Source: an uncultured Candidatus Saccharimonadales bacterium (GTDB taxonomy: Bacteria > Patescibacteriota > Saccharimonadia > UBA4664). Taken from it: a stretch of 33,294 nucleotides of DNA. Under the pieces are notes generated by a model. It searched no databases. It saw nothing but the letters and a program-made list of their open reading frames with translations, and was not told the DNA's origin. Position numbers and translations under genes: made by a program. This document shows positions 14,368 through 23,400 of this stretch, one piece after another. The stretch lies in assembly GCA_964405545.1 (NCBI GenBank), contig CAYOOH010000001.1, positions 1 through 33,294 on the forward strand. Reading direction: 5' to 3'. Each line of letters starts with the position of its first letter. Position 1 is the first letter of the stretch.

Positions 14368-14658
14368 CTAGGTGATCTTGCGATACCTGATGACGCCCTT
14401 GATGATGGGAATTGCCGCCGCCAGGAGAGCCAGCAGCGGCTCGTCGAGGAGCGGGAGTGGTCCGGATATGAGGATCAGCACATCATCCAGCCCGGCCAAG
14501 GCCCCGATTGCGACCAGGACAGCCAACAGGACTCGCCCGAAGCTGACCAGGTCTACGTGACCACCGTTGCTAAAATAGAGCTTGAGAGCCTCTCTCCATC
14601 GGCGCTTGGGAGTGCGAGAACGCCTGGTGGGCGTCAGCGCTGCTTCCATGAGCATCAC
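14368..14658 (-). CDS. small membrane protein (possibly DUF1232/YkvA-like)
   Basis: Basic N-terminus plus two hydrophobic segments. It has its own consensus promoter and terminator. Confidence 0.5.
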   Translation of the reverse strand: MMLMEAALTPTRRSRTPKRRWREALKLYFSNGGHVDLVSFGRVLLAVLVAIGALAGLDDVLILISGPLPLLDEPLLALLAAAIPIIKGVIRYRKIT

Positions 14659-14707
14659 CTTCCTTGTGTAGGTGAGGATAGTCCACTAGGTACAGCGAAC
14701 TATATTG

Positions 14708-14736
14708 ATTATACCATTAATGTAATAATTAATCAA
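14708..14736 (-). promoter_or_regulatory. consensus sigma70 promoter
   Basis: On the complement strand, TTGATT-N17-TATAAT, followed by an AAGGAAGG SD. Confidence 0.6.
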
Positions 14737-14756
14737 CAGCTTGAGTGATTAGCTGA

Positions 14757-14921
14757 TTAGCGCGTAAGGCGATGGGCGAGCAAAAGGCCGGCGATGCCGC
14801 CTATCATCCCCAAGAAGACGCTCCAGCCCGATAGGGCGCCCGCGCCCCACAGACTGGGCAGATAGCCGCCGATAAGGCCGCCGACAGTCGCGCCGAGGTA
14901 GAGAATGGTTTTGGATGGCAT
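14757..14921 (-). CDS. 54-aa glycine-zipper small membrane protein (below the ORF-track size cutoff)
   Basis: Hand translation: MPSKTILYLGATVGGLIGGYLPSLWGAGALSGWSVFLGMIGGIAGLLLAHRLTR. It has two Gly-rich TM helices, an ATG start and a TAA stop. Confidence 0.45.
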   Translation of the reverse strand: MPSKTILYLGATVGGLIGGYLPSLWGAGALSGWSVFLGMIGGIAGLLLAHRLTR

Positions 14922-15068
14922 GTTAGTTTTATAATAGCGCTAATCGCGGTCATATGGGGATTTTAAGTAAAATTGGGATGACAACGAGAGACGAGGGTTG
15001 CGGGTCGGAGCTGGACTACAGCAGGTTGGAGGCGGCATGGTGAGTGGCTGGCTGGGCGGATATAGATT

Positions 15069-15857
15069 ATGGGAGCTAGGCGGATGCTAATGGTTTTGCT
15101 GTTGACGGTCGTAAACGGCGGGGTGTCGTATGCCGGCGGCGCCATCGCATTACTGCGCAAGGGCGGTAAGGAGGGCAGGTTCTTTGTGCCTTTTACGGCT
15201 GGGGTGCTGCTTGCGATGGTGTTTTTTGACATGCTGCCCGAAGCTTTGCCTTATATTTACACGCGGGCTTTGGTGTGGATGTTTGTTGGAGTAGCGGGTT
15301 TTTTCTTTTTAGAGAGCCTTATAGAAAGACTGGAGCGACGAGCCGAGCAGAACCCGAGCGGTAGTCGGCGGGCGATGGTAGGGTCGCTGGTGGCGTCGGG
15401 AATTGTACATAATGTGTTGTTTGGAGCTGTGATTGCGCTGTTTGCTACCCGGGCTTCGAGCGGACTCTTGGTAGCTCTTGCGCTGGCATTGAGCGATGTG
15501 CCGCACGAGATAGGGGTGTTCTCGGTTCTGAGGCAACAGGGCTTGAGCAAGCGGCGGGTGCTCGTGCTACAGGCCTGGGTGACGGCGGCGACGATGGTGG
15601 GCGGAGTGGTTGGCTATGGGTATCGGAACCAGTTGTTGGGTGTGTTGCCGGCCATGTTGGCGGTGGTGGCGGGGTGGTTTGCGCTGATTGTGGTGCGCGA
15701 CTTGTTTGGGACGATGAGGCAGCAGATGATGGAGGGGTCTTGGTGGCGGCAGGTGATGGCGTTTTGCCTAGGATCGGGGGTGGTTTGGTGGATTTTATGG
15801 CATTTTGGCTATTTGTTACTGGGAGCTCATAACGTATTTGTAGATCATCCGATGTAA
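15069..15857 (+). CDS. ZIP-family divalent metal permease (ZupT-like)
   Basis: Polytopic membrane protein with the signature LALSDVPHEIGVFSVL and HNVLFG. Confidence 0.8.
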   Translation: MGARRMLMVLLLTVVNGGVSYAGGAIALLRKGGKEGRFFVPFTAGVLLAMVFFDMLPEALPYIYTRALVWMFVGVAGFFFLESLIERLERRAEQNPSGSRRAMVGSLVASGIVHNVLFGAVIALFATRASSGLLVALALALSDVPHEIGVFSVLRQQGLSKRRVLVLQAWVTAATMVGGVVGYGYRNQLLGVLPAMLAVVAGWFALIVVRDLFGTMRQQMMEGSWWRQVMAFCLGSGVVWWILWHFGYLLLGAHNVFVDHPM

Positions 15858-15866
15858 GGAGGGAAT

Positions 15867-16376
15867 ATGGTTGATATAAAGAAAAAGGCGCTGGTAGTGG
15901 TGATGGTAATCGGTTTGATTGCGATAGTTAAAACGGTCAGCGCAGATCAGGAGGCGCGATCCAGGCAAGGGCTGAGCGAGGCAACCCCAGCCCGGGAGTC
16001 ACCAAGGGCCAGCTCTAGGCCCAGATCCACGTCAAATACTCAGGGGAGCGTGGTGGCAACTGAGGCGCCGACAGCAAGTGGCTACAAGGACGGTATTTAC
16101 GCGGCAACTGGCCGATATGAGACGCCGGAGGAAACAGAGGCGATTGGGGTAAGGTTAACGTTGGCGAATGGGCTGGTGACGGTGGCCGAAGTGACAAGTC
16201 TAGCACGGACTCCGGAGTCAAAGGAGTACCAAGGCATGTTTACGAGCGGTTATAGGCCGTATGTAGTGGGAAAATCAATTAGTGATTTGAAGTTAACACG
16301 GGTAGCGGGTTCGTCGTTGACGCCGAAGGGATTTAACGCAGCGGTAGAGCAGATCCGAGCCCAGGCTAAGGCGTGA
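15867..16376 (+). CDS. membrane-anchored extracytosolic FMN-binding (FMN_bind) domain protein
   Basis: N-terminal TM anchor and a low-complexity linker. YKDGIYAATGRYETPEE..IGVRLTLANGLVTVAEV and a C-terminal VAGSSLTPKGFNAAVEQI resemble the [S/T]GA[S/T] flavinylation motif region. Confidence 0.7.
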   Translation: MVDIKKKALVVVMVIGLIAIVKTVSADQEARSRQGLSEATPARESPRASSRPRSTSNTQGSVVATEAPTASGYKDGIYAATGRYETPEETEAIGVRLTLANGLVTVAEVTSLARTPESKEYQGMFTSGYRPYVVGKSISDLKLTRVAGSSLTPKGFNAAVEQIRAQAKA

Positions 16377-17263
16377 CGATTCGACTGGAAGCGATCGGGA
16401 CGGACTGGACGATTGAAGTGGTGGGGGTGGAAGGGGATGTGGATGTGGGTGTGGATGTGGGGGACTTAGAAAGCCGGATCCGGGAGCGCATCGAGCAGTT
16501 TGATGCGGTGTATTCGCGATTTCGGGCCGACTCGGTGGTGAGCAAGATGGGACGGCAAGCGGGGCGGTACGAGTTGCCGGACGCCGGGCCGATGCTAGCT
16601 TTGTACCGTCAGCTGTACGAGCTAACGGATGGCCGGATGACACCTTTGATCGGACAGAGCCTGGTGGATGCCGGCTACGATGCGGAGTATTCGTTGCGGC
16701 CAAAAGGGGCGGTGGCAACGCCACCAGCCTGGGAGGCGGCGCTCGAGTGGCAGGAGCCGTGGCTGGTGGCGCAGCGGCCGGTGGTACTGGACGTGGGGGC
16801 GGCGGGCAAAGGGTATTTGGTGGACCTCGTGGCCGAGGTGATTGAACGAGCGGGGGTTGATTCGTACATGATTGACGCCGGCGGAGATATGCTGCATAGG
16901 AGTGCGGCAGGGCAGTGGCTGGTGGTAGGGTTGGAGCAGCCGAATGATACGAGTCAGGTGATTGGGACGATTGGGCTGGGTAACGCTAGCTTGTGCGGGT
17001 CGGCGGTGAATCGACGGCGGTGGCGGGGATGGCATCATATTGTAGATCCGAACCGGGGCCGGCCGGTCGAGGGGGTGCAGGCGACTTGGGTGATGGCCGA
17101 ACAAGCGCTGGTAGCGGACGGGCTGTCGACGGCATTGTTCTTTGTCCCGCCGGAGCGGTTGTTGGAGCGATTTGATTTTGATTATTTGGTGATGGCGGAT
17201 GATGGGTCGGTGCGGTTTTCGCCGGCGTTTGGGAAAGGTCTGTTTGGGTCGGAAGGCGTGTAA
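16373..17263 (+). CDS. apbE: FAD:protein FMN transferase (ApbE/Ftp)
   Basis: SRFRADSVVSKM, DVGAAGKGYLVD, IDAGGDM and HHIVDPNRGRP are all ApbE hallmarks. The start overlaps the upstream stop by 4 nt. Confidence 0.9.
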   Translation: MTIRLEAIGTDWTIEVVGVEGDVDVGVDVGDLESRIRERIEQFDAVYSRFRADSVVSKMGRQAGRYELPDAGPMLALYRQLYELTDGRMTPLIGQSLVDAGYDAEYSLRPKGAVATPPAWEAALEWQEPWLVAQRPVVLDVGAAGKGYLVDLVAEVIERAGVDSYMIDAGGDMLHRSAAGQWLVVGLEQPNDTSQVIGTIGLGNASLCGSAVNRRRWRGWHHIVDPNRGRPVEGVQATWVMAEQALVADGLSTALFFVPPERLLERFDFDYLVMADDGSVRFSPAFGKGLFGSEGV

Positions 17264-17264
17264 T

Positions 17265-18776
17265 ATGAAGGTAATGGGCATGGTTGATAGATGGTTGAAT
17301 TCGGTGACGATGTACTGGCTGATGCACTGGGGTCTGCGGGTTGTGGCAGCCTGGGCGGTAGTGGCTAGCTGGCTGGGCTTGCTAGGGTTTGATTTTTGGC
17401 CGGTGGTGGGGTCGCTAACAGCAATAACGTTGACGGCGTTTGGGGTAAACCGGTTGTTGGCCTGGTGGTTTAAGGCCGGGGCAACGGTCGAGTCGGAGAT
17501 TATCACCGGCCTGATTTTGTTTTTGGTGCTCAAGCCGGCGACGTCGGTGGCTGAATACGGCTGGGTAATGACGGCGGCCGCGGTGGCGATGGCGTCAAAG
17601 TATGTGGTGACGTGGCGACGGAGACATTTGTTTAATCCGGCGGCGTTTGGGCTGGTGGTGGTGGGGTTGTTTGGTCAGGGGCTGTCGTTTTGGTGGGTGG
17701 GGGGACGGGTGATGCTACCGGTGGTGGTTGTGCTGGGGCTGCTGGTGGTGCGCAAGCTACGGCGATTCCAGATGGTGGGAATGTTTGTGGCGAGTGTGGT
17801 GGTGACAGCTTTGATTATGCAGGGTCGGGATGTACTGGCGGTGACAACGAGTGTGGTGGTGTCGGGTCCACTGCTGTTTTTTGGCATGATCATGCTGACG
17901 GAGCCGGCAACGACACCGGCTACCGGCGAGTGGCGGTTGTTGTATGGACTGGTGGCGGGGGTGCTGTATGGCTTGCATTTTCGGATCGGGCCGGTGGGGT
18001 CAAGCCCGGAATTGGCGCTCTTAGGGGCTAATGTGCTGGCGTTTGCCGTGAGTCCGAAGGGGCGGTGGCGGATGACGGTGAGGGAGCGGCGGATGCTGTC
18101 GCCCACGATTTTGGAATTGGGGCTGGCGCCGGACGAGCCGCTGCGGTTTGAGGCGGGCCAGTATTTGGAGTGGACGCTCCCCCACTCTGGCGCTGACAGT
18201 CGGGGGCGGCGGCGATATTTTACGATCGCGTCGGCGCCGAGCGAGGAGGTGGTGCGGTTGGGGGTGCGGATCGACCCAAAACGATCGAGCAGCTTTAAGA
18301 CGGCGCTGACGGAATTGCGGGCCGGTGACAGGTTGTGGGCGGCGAACTTGGCTGGCGATTTTGTGCTAGAGCCGGATGCGGATCGGCCGATGGTATTGGT
18401 GGCAGGCGGTGTGGGGATTACGCCGTTTCGGAGTATGGTTGAGCAGCTGGTGAAGACGGGGCAGCGGCGAGAGGTATGGCTGTTTTATATGGCGATGGCG
18501 CCGAGCGATTTTGTGTACCGGGAGGTGTTTGAGGCAGGGAAGGCGGTGGGGGTGACGACGCATTATGTGGTAACGGCCGACCCAGTGCCGGCGGGTTGGC
18601 AGGGCGAGACGGGACACCTGACGGGAGAGGTGATCCGGGCCAGGGTGCCACGTTGGCAGGAGGCAGTGTATTATCTGTCGGGGCCGGAGGGATTGGTGCG
18701 GTCGTATCGGGGGGTGCTGCGGGAGCTGGGAGTGAACGGACGGCGAGTGCGGACGGATTATTTCCCGGGGTACTGA
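17265..18776 (+). CDS. fusion of an RnfD/NqrB-like membrane domain with an FNR-like (FAD/NAD(P)H-binding) oxidoreductase domain
   Basis: HLFNPAAFG and MLTEPATTP (RnfD/NqrB family). RRYFTIASAP (RxYS FAD motif) and LVAGGVGITPFRSM (NAD-binding). ATG 17265 lies 2 nt after the apbE stop. Confidence 0.8.
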   Translation: MKVMGMVDRWLNSVTMYWLMHWGLRVVAAWAVVASWLGLLGFDFWPVVGSLTAITLTAFGVNRLLAWWFKAGATVESEIITGLILFLVLKPATSVAEYGWVMTAAAVAMASKYVVTWRRRHLFNPAAFGLVVVGLFGQGLSFWWVGGRVMLPVVVVLGLLVVRKLRRFQMVGMFVASVVVTALIMQGRDVLAVTTSVVVSGPLLFFGMIMLTEPATTPATGEWRLLYGLVAGVLYGLHFRIGPVGSSPELALLGANVLAFAVSPKGRWRMTVRERRMLSPTILELGLAPDEPLRFEAGQYLEWTLPHSGADSRGRRRYFTIASAPSEEVVRLGVRIDPKRSSSFKTALTELRAGDRLWAANLAGDFVLEPDADRPMVLVAGGVGITPFRSMVEQLVKTGQRREVWLFYMAMAPSDFVYREVFEAGKAVGVTTHYVVTADPVPAGWQGETGHLTGEVIRARVPRWQEAVYYLSGPEGLVRSYRGVLRELGVNGRRVRTDYFPGY

Positions 18777-18777
18777 A

Positions 18778-18805
18778 TTGACTTTTATGCTTTTTGTTCT
18801 ATAAT
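18778..18805 (+). promoter_or_regulatory. consensus sigma70 promoter
   Basis: TTGACT-N16-TATAAT. Confidence 0.6.
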
Positions 18806-18848
18806 TTGAATGTAATCCTGTGTCGATGATCACTCTAAGGGGTGTGCA

Positions 18849-19280
18849 ATGGGTTACGATATGTACGTCCACATCGAGCGGCGCGCGGGAGCTGGCTGGG
18901 AGCATGTTCCGAGTGTCCCTTACGAGGGGCGGCGGTCTGTGGTTTTTGCTCAGCTGGCGGGGGTTTCGAACAATGAGGACCTGACGCCTTTGGCCGAGCC
19001 GCGCGGTCTGCCGAGGGACTTGTCGTACGGGGTCTACTGTTTCCGGTACGTGCCGTCGGACCAGCTGCCGGACCGACGGGTCACCTCGTGGCTGACGCTG
19101 GCCGAGCTGGAGCAGTTCGACTGGGCGGCGTTTGGCGCCGAATGGGAGGAAACCGACTTCTCAGTTGGTGTCATGAACCGGCTGCGCGAGCTGGCTGCTG
19201 AGGGGTACGCCCCCGAGGACATCCGGATCGTGTTCTGGTTTGACGTCGAGTACGACAGCGGGGTTTCGATTCCCGTCTGA
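18849..19280 (+). CDS. hypothetical cytoplasmic protein, 143 aa
   Basis: Complete ORF with an AAGGGG SD, its own promoter and a strong terminator. No motif recognised. Confidence 0.6.
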   Translation: MGYDMYVHIERRAGAGWEHVPSVPYEGRRSVVFAQLAGVSNNEDLTPLAEPRGLPRDLSYGVYCFRYVPSDQLPDRRVTSWLTLAELEQFDWAAFGAEWEETDFSVGVMNRLRELAAEGYAPEDIRIVFWFDVEYDSGVSIPV

Positions 19281-19298
19281 TCAAGCTGTTGTTTTAGG

Positions 19299-19346
19299 AC
19301 CGCTCTCGCGCATTGGGTTAGCCTGATGCGTGAGAGCGGTTTTTTG
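19299..19346 (+). terminator. rho-independent terminator
   Basis: 15-bp stem ACCGCTCTCGCGCAT/ATGCGTGAGAGCGGT (one G-U pair) followed by TTTTTT. Confidence 0.85.
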
Positions 19347-19405
19347 CGTGTTTTTAAGGGAAAGATGGGATGGAGTAACCTTGACGAGTAGATTAGACTA
19401 GAGTT

Positions 19406-20767
19406 ATGAGTGAAACACAACATCGATTGGTTTTGATTGTTAGTATTTTGGCGGCTTTTGTGGCGTTCTTGGATAGTTCGGTGGTAAATGTGGCGCTGCC
19501 GGCGGTGGTGCGCGAGCTGGGCGGTGGGCTGGCGACCCAGCAGTGGGTGGTGGATGCTTATTTGCTGAGTCTGGGGTCGCTGATTTTGATCGCCGGGTCG
19601 CTGTCGGACTTGTTTGGTCGGAAGCGGATTTTGGTGGCTGGGCTGGTGGGATTTGGGGTGGCATCGCTGTTGTGCGCGCTGGCGCCAACAGCCGAGGCAT
19701 TGATTGCGGCCCGGGCGCTACAAGGGGTGGCTGGGGCGCTGTTGGTGCCGAGCTCGCTGGCGCTGATTATCGCGTCGTTTAAAGGTGCGGAGCAGGGCAA
19801 GGCGATCGGGACATGGACGGCTTGGACGGGTATATCGTTTATTGTCGGTCCGCTGGTAGGGGGATTGTTGGTGGATAGCGCTTCGTGGCGATGGGTGTTT
19901 GCGATTAATGTGGCGCCGATCGCGCTAACGTTGTGGCTGATGTCTCGACTGGAGCTGGCCGAAATCGTGCGGGAGCGGACGCGGGTGGATGTGTGGGGAG
20001 CGGTCCTGTGTACCTTGGGGCTAGCGGGGCCGGTGTTTGGGTTGATTGAGCAGCCGCATCTGGGCTGGACCGATTGGAGAGTGATGGGGCCGGCAGTGGT
20101 GGGGCTGGCGCTATTGGGGCTATTTGTTTGGTACGAGCGGCGAACCAAGCAGCCGATGCTACCGCTTGAGCTGTTCGCGGTACGAAATTTTAGCGTGGGC
20201 AATGTGGCGACGTTGGCGATTTACGCCGGGCTGGCGATTGCGACGTTTGTGGTAGTGATTTTCTTGCAGCAGGTGGCGGGGTACTCGGCGCTGGCGGCGG
20301 GCCTGGCGCTCCTGCCGGTGACTTTAATTATGTTTGTACTGTCGCCACGGATTGGGGCGGCGGCTGGGCGGCTGGGGCCGCGATGGTTTATGGCCGGCGG
20401 GCCAGTAATTGCTGGCCTTGGATTGCTGTGGCTGCTGCGATCGGGACCGACTGCGAGCTACTGGACCGAAGTGTTGCCGGCGGTGGTGGGGCTGGGGGTA
20501 GGGCTGGCGGTGACAGTGGCGCCGTTGACAGCGGCGATTTTGGGTGGGATTGACGCGAAACATGCCGGGGTTGGGTCGGCCATCAATAACGCTGTGGCCC
20601 GGATTGCGGGGCTGGTGGCGACGGCCGGGATTGGCGTAGTGGTAGGGGGACAGTTGACCATGACGACGTTCCGGTACGGTGTAGTGGTGATGGCCGGCTT
20701 GCTCTTGGTGGGGGGAGTGATATCGGCGATGGGGATCGAGAATCGGCCAGTACCGACCGGCGGCTAG
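19406..20767 (+). CDS. MFS transporter, DHA2 (EmrB/QacA-like, 14-TMS) drug:H+ antiporter family
   Basis: FVAFLDSSVVNVALP and GSLSDLFGRKR motifs, with about 14 hydrophobic segments. Confidence 0.85.
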   Translation: MSETQHRLVLIVSILAAFVAFLDSSVVNVALPAVVRELGGGLATQQWVVDAYLLSLGSLILIAGSLSDLFGRKRILVAGLVGFGVASLLCALAPTAEALIAARALQGVAGALLVPSSLALIIASFKGAEQGKAIGTWTAWTGISFIVGPLVGGLLVDSASWRWVFAINVAPIALTLWLMSRLELAEIVRERTRVDVWGAVLCTLGLAGPVFGLIEQPHLGWTDWRVMGPAVVGLALLGLFVWYERRTKQPMLPLELFAVRNFSVGNVATLAIYAGLAIATFVVVIFLQQVAGYSALAAGLALLPVTLIMFVLSPRIGAAAGRLGPRWFMAGGPVIAGLGLLWLLRSGPTASYWTEVLPAVVGLGVGLAVTVAPLTAAILGGIDAKHAGVGSAINNAVARIAGLVATAGIGVVVGGQLTMTTFRYGVVVMAGLLLVGGVISAMGIENRPVPTGG

Positions 20768-20769
20768 AG

Positions 20770-22218
20770 CTAAAGGGGTAGCGTCAGGGTGACGGTGGTG
20801 CCATGGTCTGGGCGCGAGCTGAGATCCAGGGTGCCGCGATGTAGCTTGACTATGTTTTTGGCGAGGTAGAGGCCGAGCCCGGAGCCACCAGCTGGGATTG
20901 AGTTGGGATTGGCAAAGCGGGCGAATTTGGTGAAGAGGTTTTTTTGGTCGGATAAACTGATGCCGTAGCCGTTGTCCTGGAGCTGTATAACAGCGGCGTC
21001 CGGATGGCCAGGCTTGGCGGAACGGCCGGAGAGAGTGAGATTTATTTTGGCTCCCTCGGGAGAATATTTGATGGCGTTATCGATCAGACTACTCAGGACG
21101 ATGGCTAGTTTTTCGGCGTCGGCGGTGACGGCCAGCGGCTGCTTGGGTTGATGGACGGTTAGGGTTTGGTGGCGAGCCTTGAGGCCTGCGGCATGATGGC
21201 GGGCGACTTGGGCCAGGAGCGAGCCTAGGTTGACGGTTGAGGAGTGGAGCAGGTTTTGGCCGCTGTCGGCTTTAACTACTTCCAGGATTTGTTCGATGAC
21301 GCGCAGCTGAGTCTCGTTCTCGGCGTAGGCGGCGGCGATTTGCTCAGCTTGTTGAGGCCGGAGCCTACCGCTATAGCCCTGAAGCAGGAGACTAAGGAAA
21401 CCTTTGACAGCCGTGGCTGGAGTGCGGAGCTGATGGGAGGCCAGCATGGTGAATTCGGTCTTAATGGTCTCGGTCTGTTCGAGATGAGCGGCCATGGCAT
21501 TGAAGGCGGTGGCGAGGCGCTTAAACTCGTCGTTGGTGCGCATGGACGGAAGGCGATAGTCGAGGTGACCGCCAGAAATGGTTTCGGCACCGAGCTGGAG
21601 GATGGCCAAGGCTCGGCTGATGGTGGCGGCAATACGGATCGAGCTCAGGACGGTGACCAAGGCCATAAGGGCAATGGCGATTCCGACAATTAGGCTGGAC
21701 TGCAGGCGCTGGTTGTTGAGCTCCTGGCGGTTGAGGGTGGAGAGCTCGGCCAGATCTGAGACTTGGGTCTGTTGTTTAACCAGGAGCTGGCCTGCCAGGC
21801 GCTCTTGGAAATCGCGTAGGACGGTAGTAGGCAGAGTTGTGGGAGTCGAGGTAGTGGGCGTCGGATCGTAGCTGGCGATAAGCCGATCAAACAGCGGCCG
21901 GATGGCTTGGTGCTGGGCTAATATGTCGGCCAGGATGCGCCGCTCGGTTGGGGTATGGAGTGGCAGGGGCTGGAGCAGGATGGAGAGATCGGCGTATTTG
22001 GCCTGCCATTGTTCGAGCGAACGGGCATCGTAGTGGAGGAGGTTTTCGAAGGTGACGAAACGGATTTGGGTGAGATCTTCGTTAATGGCGGCAATACGGG
22101 TGGCTTTGGTATTAGAGCGGTCGTTGCTGTAGTAGGCCGCAACAAGGGCGGCGGCAACGACGCCGACGAGGAGGATTTGGACGATGGTGTTGAGCTGGAG
22201 CTTGGCGCGTATGGTCAT
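20770..22218 (-). CDS. sensor histidine kinase (2 TM, periplasmic domain, HAMP, HisKA, HATPase_c)
   Basis: HAMP FKRLATAFNAMAAHL, H-box ASHQLRTPATAVKG, N-box IDNAIKYS, G-boxes DNGYGIS and GGSGLGLYLAK. Confidence 0.9.
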   Translation of the reverse strand: MTIRAKLQLNTIVQILLVGVVAAALVAAYYSNDRSNTKATRIAAINEDLTQIRFVTFENLLHYDARSLEQWQAKYADLSILLQPLPLHTPTERRILADILAQHQAIRPLFDRLIASYDPTPTTSTPTTLPTTVLRDFQERLAGQLLVKQQTQVSDLAELSTLNRQELNNQRLQSSLIVGIAIALMALVTVLSSIRIAATISRALAILQLGAETISGGHLDYRLPSMRTNDEFKRLATAFNAMAAHLEQTETIKTEFTMLASHQLRTPATAVKGFLSLLLQGYSGRLRPQQAEQIAAAYAENETQLRVIEQILEVVKADSGQNLLHSSTVNLGSLLAQVARHHAAGLKARHQTLTVHQPKQPLAVTADAEKLAIVLSSLIDNAIKYSPEGAKINLTLSGRSAKPGHPDAAVIQLQDNGYGISLSDQKNLFTKFARFANPNSIPAGGSGLGLYLAKNIVKLHRGTLDLSSRPDHGTTVTLTLPL

Positions 22219-22221
22219 GGG

Positions 22222-23286
22222 CTAGCGGATGATGGTTATACGTCGAGGGTCAAGGGTGTTGAGGGGCTCGAGATCGATCAGGCGGAGGTAGTTGGGAACT
22301 TGGGTGCTGGTCGTGAGATGATTCTCGATGGCCCAGCGAGCCTCATCATCCATATTAATGAGTAGTTCTTGATCGAGCGAAATGTCGAACTGGAACTTGG
22401 GCCACATGTAGCTGATGTAGGCGTTGTCGTAATGTAAGCGGCGAGCGATGATGGCGCGAGCGGAGGTGGCATGGTCTTGGAGGTATTGTTCGGCCTGGAT
22501 GAGGGCGGCCAAGTAGCGCTTGGAGATGTTGGGGTGAGCCTGGACGAAGGCGCCCGTAGTGTAGAGGAGCGAGTAGATGCTCTGGCCGCTCTGGATGGCC
22601 CAGGCGGCACCCTGAGCCCCCAAGCGATTACGCGCCTGATAGGCGCTGGGCTCGAAGAGGACGGCGGCATCAATGGTGCCGGCCGCGACGCTAGCCCGCA
22701 GGGTGGCCTGGGGCTGGTCCACGATGGTAATGTCACTGAGCTTGAGATTGTTAAAGGTAAGGTATTGACCAAGATAGAATTCGCCGACGGTTTTGCGAGT
22801 GACGCCGATTTTTTTCCCTTTGAGGTCGGCGGCCTGGTGGAGGCCGTGATCGGTACGGACGATGAGAGAAAAGGCATCGGACTTGGACATGGTGGCAAGG
22901 ATTTTGAGGTCCTCGCCGTTAAAGCTGTTTCGAACGCCAGCGAAATCGGCAGCCATGGCGGTATCGAGTTTGCCGCTGAGGAGGTCAGCCAAGGCCGGCG
23001 GACCGGAGTCGTAGTTGGTCACCGTGACATCGAGACCATGAGTACGGAAGAAGCCTTGATCCTGGGCAATAAAGAGCAGACTGGCATGCGCGCCGCCGCC
23101 CCCGGAAGCTACATGCTCGACTGGACCGAGGTACGTGGGCGTGGTGGATTGGGGGCGAAGGCGCCAGAGGATAAAGGCTAGTATGGTGATGAGGAGGCCG
23201 AGAGCAAGCGCAGCCAGAAGCGGGCGGAGGCGCGGTTGACGCTGGCTGGAGCGGGCTGGGCGGCGAGATTGGGTTGTGATAGCCAT
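22222..23286 (-). CDS. NMT1/SsuA/TauA-like periplasmic substrate-binding protein
   Basis: N-terminal anchor. The length and sequence are typical of nitrate/sulfonate/bicarbonate-type binding proteins. The stop lies 3 nt upstream of the kinase start. Confidence 0.65.
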   Translation of the reverse strand: MAITTQSRRPARSSQRQPRLRPLLAALALGLLITILAFILWRLRPQSTTPTYLGPVEHVASGGGGAHASLLFIAQDQGFFRTHGLDVTVTNYDSGPPALADLLSGKLDTAMAADFAGVRNSFNGEDLKILATMSKSDAFSLIVRTDHGLHQAADLKGKKIGVTRKTVGEFYLGQYLTFNNLKLSDITIVDQPQATLRASVAAGTIDAAVLFEPSAYQARNRLGAQGAAWAIQSGQSIYSLLYTTGAFVQAHPNISKRYLAALIQAEQYLQDHATSARAIIARRLHYDNAYISYMWPKFQFDISLDQELLINMDDEARWAIENHLTTSTQVPNYLRLIDLEPLNTLDPRRITIIR

Positions 23287-23400
23287 TGGTTATAGCATAA
23301 GAGGTTTGACGATAATTGTGTAGAAGAGGATGAGCGGGGTCAGCGAAGGGGTGTGATCTGTTACACTCGAGGAATGGGTATACGAAGGAGGATTCATCAG

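Noticed and set aside
16436-16459. Hexanucleotide repeat (GAT/GGT-GTG)x4 encoding DVDVGVDV near the ApbE N-terminus
   Set aside because: It is short, in-frame and imperfect. Most likely it is a harmless low-complexity linker, and there is no evidence of phase variation from a single sequence.
16622-17533. Long antisense and low-complexity ORFs such as 16622-17533(-), 16293-16724(-), 11433-12143(-), 22278-22898(-), 23290-23892(-), 18366-18905(-) and 32346-33284(-)
   Set aside because: All lie opposite genes with unambiguous catalytic motifs (ApbE, VOC, binding protein, RadC, reductase, GalE). They translate to Pro/Arg/His-rich strings and are shadow ORFs.
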